A stretch of DNA of 64,000 bases. Source: Amphiscolops sp. MND2022 (Eukaryota). The position numbers and the translations under genes are program-made. The stretch spans positions 51,274,001 to 51,338,000 of the forward strand of contig OZ076409.1 of NCBI GenBank assembly GCA_964187785.1, given 5' to 3'. Positions 55,001 to 64,000 of the stretch are shown in pieces. Numbering within the stretch: the first letter of the stretch is position 1; each line of letters opens with the position of its first letter. The notes under the pieces were generated by a model. That model saw nothing but the letters and a program-made list of their open reading frames with translations. It made no database searches and was not told where the DNA came from.

Positions 55001-56471
55001 AAGCAAGAACGCAAAATGTAGAAACTTTCCAACGCCAACAGAGATGCAAAAAGCTTTAGAAACTTTACTACGCCAGGAGCAGAACGAATTTTTCTCTACT
55101 GAAATTAAAACACATGAGACAAAGACACAATTAAAGCCACAGAGCAAACTGAGTAAACGTTATCCGTTGCTGCATGAAGGTATTCTGTGTGTGGGTGGCC
55201 GCTAGCTCAAGCTGACCTTCCAGACGAAACTAAGTATCCAAGACTGATTCCTGAGAATAGGGAATTAGCAAGACTGGTCATCTTAAACCCTCATCACTCC
55301 ACTTTACACGGAGGAGCCACACAAACTTTTGCGCAAACAGGAACTCGCTGCTGGATACCAGGTTGCAGAAATCAAGTGCGAAAAATGATTCTAGATTGCG
55401 TGAAAAGTTCGCGTTTTTTTGGTAACAAGGAGGAACCGCTATTGGGTGACTTACAAAAAGAACGAGTAAGAGTACCGTCTAGATCTTTTGAGGACGTAGG
55501 GTTAAATTTCGATGGTCCTTTTTACTTAAAAGTGTCGGGATTGGAAAACAACAAGGCCTATCTAGCGTTATTTGTCTGCTTTGCAAGTAAGGCCATACAT
55601 TTGAAGCTTGTGTCAGACCTAACAGCAAGTGCTTGTATTGCGGCATTATGACGTTTTACGTCACGAAGGTGTTGCCCTATGAAGTTGTACTCAGATAATG
55701 CCACAAACATTACTGGTTCCCAATCTGAACTTGAAAAATTGCAAAAAATCTTGAACGCAAAATACCAAGTTTCTCTGCAGGCAGCAGCAGCAGCTGGCCT
55801 TTTAATTGAGTGGAATTTTATAGCTCCTAATGCCCCTCATTTTGGTGGCTTGTGGGAGGTTGGTATAAAAAGCGCGAAACGTCATTTAAGGCGCACAATG
55901 TGAAATCACTTGCTAATTTTCGAAGAACTGACAACTTTATTTTGTCAAGTTGAGAGTATTTTGAATTCGCGTACGGTAGGTGTTATATCCGAAGATTCAA
56001 AAGACGGTGGAATTTTATTGCCTGCGCATTTAATATGCGGAACGAAAGTCGAAAATTTACCGACAATAGAAACCTCAAAGAAAAACGATATTGCCAATTG
56101 CACTTCAACAGCTAGATGGGCGCATATTCAAAACGTGCTCTTACATTTCTGGAAGGGTTGGCACAAAGAATACGTGACGTCTCTACAGGAGAAGAAAAAG
56201 TGGCGCAAGGAAGTTACCAATTTGAAAGTTGACGATGTTGTCTTCATCACAGACGACAATGAGGCGCCTTTACAGTGGCCGTTGGGATCCATATCATACG
56301 TATATGGTGGCCCTGATAATTTTGTGCAAGTTGTCAAAGTTCGAACTCAATCTGGAATCTTCAACAGGGCTGTACACAAACTCAAGAAACTGCTTCTACC
56401 TTCTGACTAGAACTAACTCCATATCTTGATCTGTTGCGTTTTTCACAAACTCATTTTGATTCGAATGAATC

Positions 56472-57293
56472 AAGGCGGGCGGTGAATGTTACGAACATAA
56501 TTCCAAGAAACGAAATTTTTGAATTTCAACTTTTTTCGAATTTTTGGAAATTTTGTTCAAATGTTATGAAACAGCTAATATTTCGCCAAAAGTGTCTCAA
56601 TATTCAGTTTTTTGCTGTTTTCTGATACAATATCGCAATTCCTTGTGTTTCCTGGAATATTTGCCATGTGATATGTTGTTGATGATTGCTTTCATTGCAA
56701 ATTTAAGGGAACTCTTTACGATTAGCCAATAAAGTTGCAGTACGTCAATTTTGTGCCCAAATTTGACACGACTACAGTATCTTGATCTTTGGGCAAAATA
56801 TCATTACTGCAAAAAGATACCCAATTGTTGGAAATTCTTGAGGAATTAACCCTTTCCTTTGTAGAATTTTTCTCTAGTCTCTGGAATGCTAGAGCATTGG
56901 ACTGTTTGCATTATTTGTCAGCTGAATCAGTAAAAGCGTTCACAATGCTTATGTCCTCTACAGCTTGATCCAGCACTATATCAGATCAGATTTTAAATTT
57001 AACGGGTTGGGAAGGTATTGATTGATTGCCTCGTACTTCCTCATCGTTTGATATTACGTCTACACAGGCATTGGATTCATCTGAATCAAACTTTTTCACA
57101 ATAAACTCATTGGGGATCTACAACTCAACGTAGACCCAATAAATATTTGGATTGCATTCACTTTCTAGCAATCTAAGACTGTTCAACAGAGCTTGTCGAG
57201 GAAAAATCCTTTGTTCTCTGGAATGCCAGAGTGGTCCGCTGATTTCTTTTGTCGAATTGTTGACCAAAGGGTCAAAGAGTTTCGGCGAGAACA
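56472..57293 (+). repeat. BEL polypurine tract (56472-56486) and 3' LTR (56487-57293)
   Basis: AAGGCGGGCGGTGAA followed by TGTTACGA...GAGAACA. Confidence 0.85.
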
Positions 57294-57669
57294 AATCCAT
57301 TTATATTTGATTTTATCAATTCAAGGTTTTGTTTCGTACACGGATTGCTTCACTGTCACGGTGGTGGTTGTTTTTTGAAGAGATTGGCACATCCCAAATG
57401 TGGTATTCCTGCAATTGGATAAAATTCGAGGTTGAGTTCTGATGAAAAACAACGAAACCTGTAACGCTCTGAAGTATCTGAAGCCCTCAGGGTTGATAGA
57501 CTGGGTGAACTATAGGCTTCGCAACGGATGGCTTCATATAAAAGGCGCCAATTTAACAAGTACTTGCCGAATTTGAATGATGTAGATGCTTTTCAGTGAA
57601 CACTATCCCTCTGCATCACGATGATAAATTTAAAGCATACACCCTTTTTATTTACATTCAAGCGTTTTT

Positions 57670-59930
57670 CATTTGAAAGGAGTTCCTAAGATTTCACGAA
57701 CACCCCAAGCTGAAAACTTGATACCCAAGATTAATGATATGTGTGAAACCTCGTCAACTCTCGCCTTGTGGTGCTTATTGCTCTTCTCTCTAAGCTCTTT
57801 TCTGGTAGAACCACCTCGAGGAAGTGAACGTCAGAGGTCATCACTTAATGCAGTTATCAACAAGCGTATTCGGGATGGAGTCATTGAGCAGAAACCGAAA
57901 CGCGACAGAAAACCGCAAAAGAAGCCAATTAGATCGACGACTTCAATGCATTCGCACTAAATTAGACGAAGGTAATGTTATGATTGGAATCAGAACTACT
58001 GTGGGCGACAACAAGATTGCCGATTTCACGGTCGTCAACTACGCGGCCCTCAAGCTGAAATACTCGCAGAGGGAAACTCTTTTTCGGACACCACATGTTT
58101 CGATTGTTTCCAATCTCAGAGTTCTTCGTCCACAAAGCTCTCATGTCCTTCCCCAACGGCTCTAGAACAAGTTTGGTTTCGCTTCAGTTTTTCAAATATT
58201 TGACTGCCAAGTCGAACTGGCAAACTGGACTGAATTTTCTGAGAGCCTCAACTAATCTTGTGAAAGTGATTCTCGAAGGAAAGTACTTTTCGAATTTCGA
58301 CATAACTCCTTTGGTTCGATATTAATTGAGATAAAAAAAGCCTGAAAAGACTTCGTTCCATAACTGTAGGCAATACTTTCCACCGGTTGTCCGCAAAATG
58401 TGCCGGGAACAATGTCTTCAAATCAATCACGTTAAGACAGATACGGAGATACGGAGTCGACAAGTAGATGTAGGCACCAAAACGGGCGCTGAATTTGCCT
58501 CACTTGTTTTCCGTTGTTTGATGAAAAACCCCCAGCCCCAAAAACGTACTTTTGAAAACTGACATTGAAAGTGCTTTCAATTCGATAAACGGACAATTCA
58601 TGATGGAGAAAACTTTGGAAATACATGCTGATGTTTATAAGTACTCACACGTGGCCTACAGTCTGCCAAATTTTCTATTTTACTGTGATTCAATACTGAA
58701 ATCTTGTGAACGGACCCAGCAACGAGATCGTGAGTCTTCAGCTTTATTTCCGGATTCCACTCAAGATCTGATTGACAGTTTGGAGTCAAAAATAAACATA
58801 TGGTACCTTGACAATGGAAATTCAAGTGATGATTACAGAACCGTTTTGAAAGATCTAAAAAAACTGTTAAAGCGGAAAAAACGCTGGGACTCAAAATCAA
58901 ACCCACGAAATGTGAAATGATTTCCTTGGTAACATCATTGAAAAGTGACAATCGACATAATCAGCATCTTTCCAAAAACTCTACACGGAATCTTTTAGTC
59001 CGAGTGACTTTCTCACGACGATTTTCTCGGAAACCTTTTACGATGCTTCGTTTACAAAAGCGCTTGAGGAATGATTGAAAAAGTCCTCTCAGTGGAATCC
59101 AGAAAATTTGGACACAACGTGTCTACGTCAAAACCGCCCAAGGTTTGATTTCTAGAATGGATGACACACATTCGAAAGTTTTAAAGGCTCATCCAGGCAT
59201 CATCGCGTCTCAATGACTGAACGTCGTTCGTTGCAAGAACCTAGGCCTAAAATGTGATGATTAACAGCTTCGGATTTCTATTGGTGTACGTGTCGGAGCC
59301 AACATTTGTGTTGAGCATTGGTTTCCACTGTGGTAAAAAAGTTGAACGGAACAGTTTACACAGTCTTTCTTGCAGCAGGAGTGCTGGTCGGTTCTCATAT
59401 TGACTACTATCGTTTCTATCATAAAGCAGACGTTGGGATCTCTCGACTATCCTTCAATGCATGAATCGCATGGATTGTACCGAAGTGATGGCAAAGTCCC
59501 AGACGGTGTTAGCATAGCATGATTCCTTGGGAAATGGGTAAACAGCTGGTGCAGGATGTCACGGTTGTGGATGCTCTTGCAACCAGTCGCCTGAATCAAG
59601 GCTCCTTATACAACTGGGGAACCACCACCGCCGAGGCTGAAGCGCGTAAACATGAAAAATCTCGTGAATTAATAGACAATGGATACATTTTTAAACCAGT
59701 CTCCATAGAACTCTAGAGTGTTTCAGGCATTACAGTGCTTAGGCAACCTTTTTCTGAGCGTTTTGCGGACATCAGGACACGAAATCTCGGAAACCGAGAC
59801 GCGTGCGCTGAATTCAATCCCCTTTGATGTGGACTGTCTTAACTTTTTTTGATTGCCACTTACGCCAGGCCTTAGTAGGGCCAATTATGTAGAGAGCAAA
59901 TAGTGCAATGTGTCTCAGACTCCAGAATTT
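57670..59930 (+). mobile_element. Degenerate CRE-clade (restriction-like endonuclease) non-LTR retrotransposon
   Basis: Broken frames give VGNTFHRL..KC, KTDIESAFNSIN, TQQRD.ES..LF, WYLDNGN (YLDD equivalent), HSLSCSRSAGRFS and DGKVPDG...IPWEMGKQLVQDVTVVD. Confidence 0.8.
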
Positions 59931-60166
59931 TATTCAGTAGAGTATTTCGTACACCTACATTCCGCGACATTCATAATCTGATTCCGCATTTTATCTTTAG
60001 AACTCAGATCAAAATTGCAAGAAGAGATAATGTTCGTTGCCAAACTTCTGTTAAATGAAGCTTCACGATTTGACCCACGATTGGAACCAAATTATCTCCA
60101 CACTAATTTTTCAAAAAAAAATTTCATTTTTAAATATTTCAATACAGTTGGTAGAAAAGTATCCCT

Positions 60167-60362
60167 GGATCTTTTCTGCTAATTCCCCCCACAGTAGGCG
60201 CGGAAAGTTTAATTCCCCACCACTATCAGCAATGATTTTCAGTTGCAGTCAGAGTTATAAAATACTGCTGTTTGATTGATTGTTAATATTAATTCACTGA
60301 TAGTTTTTCTTGACCGCCTAACAGGGGGGATAAATTAGTGGGGGGAATTACCAGAAAAGATC
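60167..60362. mobile_element. Second copy of the 10308-10512 MITE family
   Basis: GGATCTTTTCTGCTAATTCCCCCC...GGGGGGAATTACCAGAAAAGATC with a colinear interior; TSD not evident. Confidence 0.75.
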
Positions 60363-61759
60363 AGTAAATTTTTTTGCAGTTTTTTTAAAGAAAAAACTGA
60401 AGATTTCGGTATCTAGAAATTGGTTGGAAACACAGATCATTTTGATTAAGTTTGCAATCGTTGAATTGCATTTTGTTTCGACCCACGATTGGAACCATAT
60501 TTTTCAATTCCAATCAATGCAGTTTGATTAAATGTTTATATTGATTCAAGTTGAAACCAAGGAAAAAACAGATAATGGTATTTGCTGTAATGGTACGAAT
60601 TTGAGTCAGTAATTTTCCGTTGTTGTCCGCTGATATAATTTTGATTCAGTTTGCTATTGAATTTGTGCTTTCTTGTTTGTGAGGAAGGAGGCTGTGGGCG
60701 ACGAGGAATTAGCAACAAGGTGTCCCTGGGGGTTAGACATATTTCTCAAAAGTCTCAATTCCTTTCCAAGTAATTCAAAAAGTTTATTCCGGAAGAATTT
60801 ATTCCAGTTGAAAATTAAGGACTAAACAGAAAAAAGAATGTTGCAATGTTATCGATTCGGGATCTTTTTCGATCTTATCCCCCCCGTTAAACTTCGCAAG
60901 TTGACCGACAATTGAAACCAAAATGTCATCAAATCCACTCTAACTTTTCCAATAAAATCTTTTTTTTAAATCATTAGAGTTGGTAGAAATATATTGTTTC
61001 ACCATTGTATTTCACTATAGTCTAAGTATATTCCACCATGGTATAGTACAAAAATGAAAGAAACTCAGCCCCAATTTAAAGATGAAAAGAAGAAAAGCCG
61101 ACATCTTTACGGAAAATGAGATATTAATTGGGACCTGTTTGTGGTAATTGATTTTTATTTACTCTTTGGTGTCTTTTAAGTTTAAATTTGGCTGGTTAAA
61201 TGTAAGTGGAAACTGAGACGCTCAAATTTACAGTCATCTGATTGGTTATTATGCATTTTGTGGAAGCCAAGACACGCATTTGTCGGCTTCTTGGCGGCAT
61301 ATTCTTGGTCCCGGATTCCGCAAAATAAAACCGGCTAACGTAATAACCCATGCCCTCGAATTCCGAAAAACGCTGAATTTCGTTGCGTGGTTTCAGCAAA
61401 ATCTGTGCTAAATTGCCAATTGTACACGCTTTAGAACATGTCTGCGGAATCGGAGGGCCTACAGGCACAGAAATGTGTCTGTGGCGATTTAGCTTGTCCA
61501 TGCAATGTAATGGGCGAGAGCGGTGAAATTTTCATCATGTGTCTCTGAGAATTGCTCAATTTGAATATTTGAAAATTTGAATTGATTTGGTCAGATAAAT
61601 ATTATAGTATGAACTAAAACACATAACAGTTTCATATTTATTCATATGAGGACACATATCTGACCGGGACGCCAAAAGGAGCTTTACAGCTCCAGGGTAT
61701 ACGCCCCCAAACGCACGACGGCAACGAGCTGGCAGCTTTTTAAAGCAACGGATTTCAAT

Positions 61760-61845
61760 GGTTCTTCAGATCGACAATGCGGCCTGTGTTCTAGGAACTG
61801 TGAGCGACAGAGATGCGTTGGAAGAAATTTATCACGAATAATTTT
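61760..61845 (+). mobile_element. 3'-terminal fragment of a CRE-like retroelement
   Basis: Encodes VLQIDNAACVLGTVSDRDALEEIY, a typical end of such ORFs. Confidence 0.45.
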
Positions 61846-62039
61846 TTTAAACCTGTATTTGATTGCTGCTTTAAAAAAGTTTCTACCAGTGGACTGGGGT
61901 AGTGGCTGGTATGAGTGTTTGTTGGATGTTTTTTTGTTACTGGCCTACTGGGATAGTGGACTAGGAGTTCCCTACTTTCGTTCCAGATCACGGTTGTTTG
62001 TCTTCTTCTCCCGCCATGGTGATACACATTGCACTTAAT

Positions 62040-63300
62040 TGATGACGAAGATCCATAATACCTGATAGTGGTAAAACCATAATGAACAATGAACAGTCAT
62101 TTATAAGACATAGCATTTTACGGAGACGCGTTAAGACGGCTTCACTGCTTTCATCTAAGGTACCCTGTTTTTCAAGGTTAACCGCTGGAAATAAACACCC
62201 TCGACCAATTAGCGATTCTTCAACCGGTTGCGTAATTCAGCCTCGCAGTGGTTCCGAGGTTGCATAAGGAGTGTTGATTCATGCGACTGGTCGCAAAAAC
62301 ATCAACAACTGTGACATCCTGAACCAGTTGTTTACGCACTTCCAAAGGAGTCATCTTTATAGCAACGGAGCGTTCGGGAATTCCACGGGGTGCAAGTATT
62401 TAGGGCAAGTCGAGAAAACCCAGCGTCTGCTGCATGAGATAGTTGACAATCGCATGACGGGAGATTTTCCCGGCGCTTTGTTGGAAGAAATGCCGTGTAA
62501 ACAGCCCCGTTCGATAGTTCCGTTGGTTTCGCCGGTCATCAAGGTTTGGGCCTAGATCTTCGCAGAGATCGACGTTCAACAACTGCAACCTGAACTTACT
62601 GTGATGTTGTTGTTACTTTTGTTAAAAGTTTTCATCCATTGTGTAAATTATCGTTTTTGCTGCAGAATTGGGTTTGATCGATAACTATAAAAAAGAATGT
62701 GATTGATCTACACGTGAGCTTCCCGCAAACCCTACTTCATCAAAATATGCTACATCGTGTTGAATGCGGCTTCCTAAACTTCAAGTACCTACATCCACTG
62801 GATCATAACTGCATGGATGATTTTTTTCGACTCTTTCAAGGCCTCGATCGATTCTAACTCCCATTTTTCCATTTCGGAAAAGATAAGCTGTTTGTAAAAC
62901 TTATGTAAGGGGAAATACCGACACTAATTCGTTCAATCTCGGTAAGTGACGGAAACTACGAGACCAATTTGACGTTGGTAAAAGATTGTTATAAAACCAA
63001 AAAGCGCATCATTTAAGCTCATCTACATGAATTTTGGTCGCAGTTGGTTTCGGAAATTGATTCTGCGCTTGGATTGAAAAACCTTTTACAACTCACCAAT
63101 GAGAGTTTCTGAGAAATCCTAGAGGCTGCTGCATGAGATGAATGATTTTGGCATGACAAGAGAATCAGCCGGCGCTTTTGTTGAAAAAACACCTTTTGAA
63201 CAGTCCCATTCGATCGTTCCATTAGTCCAACTGGGCATCAAGTTTTGGGCCTGGAATTTCACAGAGAACGACGTTCAACAACTGCCACCTGAACTTACTG
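62040..63300 (-). mobile_element. Two minus-strand CRE-like 3' fragments (about 62040-62600 and 63080-63300)
   Basis: The reverse strand matches 59420-59700 (CAGACGTTGGG..TCTCGACT; AAACAACTGGTTCAGGATGTCACAGTTGTTGATG); it encodes SAGKISRHAIVNYLMQQTLGFLDLP. Confidence 0.7.
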
Positions 63301-64000
63301 TGATGAGTGTTTATTTCTTTTGCTGACAAGTTGTTTCTGTACTGAATATCGACTTGTTTGCCGCTCGGACCTATATAGATGAGCCTAGTTTTTTTGAGTT
63401 TCATCGGGTTGACTCCCTACGTCATTGCTCGCACTCGCCACTCTTCCTTCTACTTAAATGGCAGGGAATTTTTAGATGAACAGTAAAAACACGTCTAAGG
63501 ATTAACGTCTTAGGAATAACGTACAAAGCCACGTCATGCTTATTCCGAATTTCAATATAATGGATCTTAGAATTTTTTCCTATAGACGTTATTCCCAAAT
63601 CACTTTTAGACGTTATTCCCTAGACGTTATTGGCGCATCTAGAATTTCTGTTGTATAACAACAAGCTTCAACCGAGCTTGTCATTGCGAGCGAAATGAAT
63701 TCACATAGGATGTTTTTTTGTGCACGAAAAGGCTCGCATAGTTTGCCGTCGAAAATAGTATCTCTTCTTAAATGTCATTCACTGGGTCCCAGGATGTGAC
63801 TACTAGAAAGCGTTTTGTCCAACCTGAACGTTTGTTCAGATTGCCTTTGAGAGCCGAGCCAAAGAGGCTATTCAACTTTTGAAAAGTGTTCACATTGAAA
63901 TTTCATGTTCGATGACGATGAGTCAAAAAAAATTTATTCACAAATGTTTCTATTTTCCACACATTATGTTTGTTTAATTGTTGAACTAATATTTTCCGAA

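Larger units (their letters stand above)
44671..57293 (+). mobile_element. Decayed BEL/Pao LTR retrotransposon with an internal 4.28-kb tandem duplication
   Basis: Gag LKYLRACLKGDAAKLI; protease RALLDSGS; RT LPHH.V.K.DSTTTKLRVVFDAS and FYVDD; RNase H SAKTKVAPL...IPRLELC; integrase SDNATN and APHFGGLWE; C-terminal FWKGWHKEY. Many stops and frameshifts. Confidence 0.93.

Noticed and set aside
62560-63300. Duplicated exon with a conserved in-frame TGA (possible selenocysteine, GSC*TS)
   Set aside because: Both copies are reverse-strand fragments of the CRE-type retroelement 3' region, and the TGA frame is not the ancestral coding frame.

Overview
AT-rich animal (probably invertebrate) nuclear DNA; the lineage cannot be determined from the sequence alone. 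Four host genes lie on the minus strand: a DEPDC7-like gene, a six-exon CEP57-like gene, ANAPC11 and HCCS. The main feature is an apparently intact 17.6-kb Polinton/Maverick (endogenous DNA virus) at 17283-34878. It has AGTAGT-starting terminal inverted repeats, a perfect 6-bp target-site duplication (GTTATT) and uninterrupted core genes (pPolB, integrase, packaging ATPase, major and minor capsid, protease), and it sits in a predicted 21-kb intron of the CEP57-like gene. Inside its termini is unusual cargo: a divergent ribosomal protein uS5/RPS2 homologue, a small ORF with three RVxF-type PP1-docking motifs and a partial GADD34/ICP34.5/DP71L-like signature, an EGFR-ligand-type EGF protein and a tRNA-derived Pol III RNA unit abutting the right TIR. 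Together these suggest a translation- and growth-manipulation toolkit (inference). The rest of the window is a decayed BEL/Pao LTR retrotransposon with a 4.3-kb internal tandem duplication, CRE-type non-LTR fragments, several MITEs and SINE-like repeats. All homology calls were made by eye from motifs; no database searches were run.
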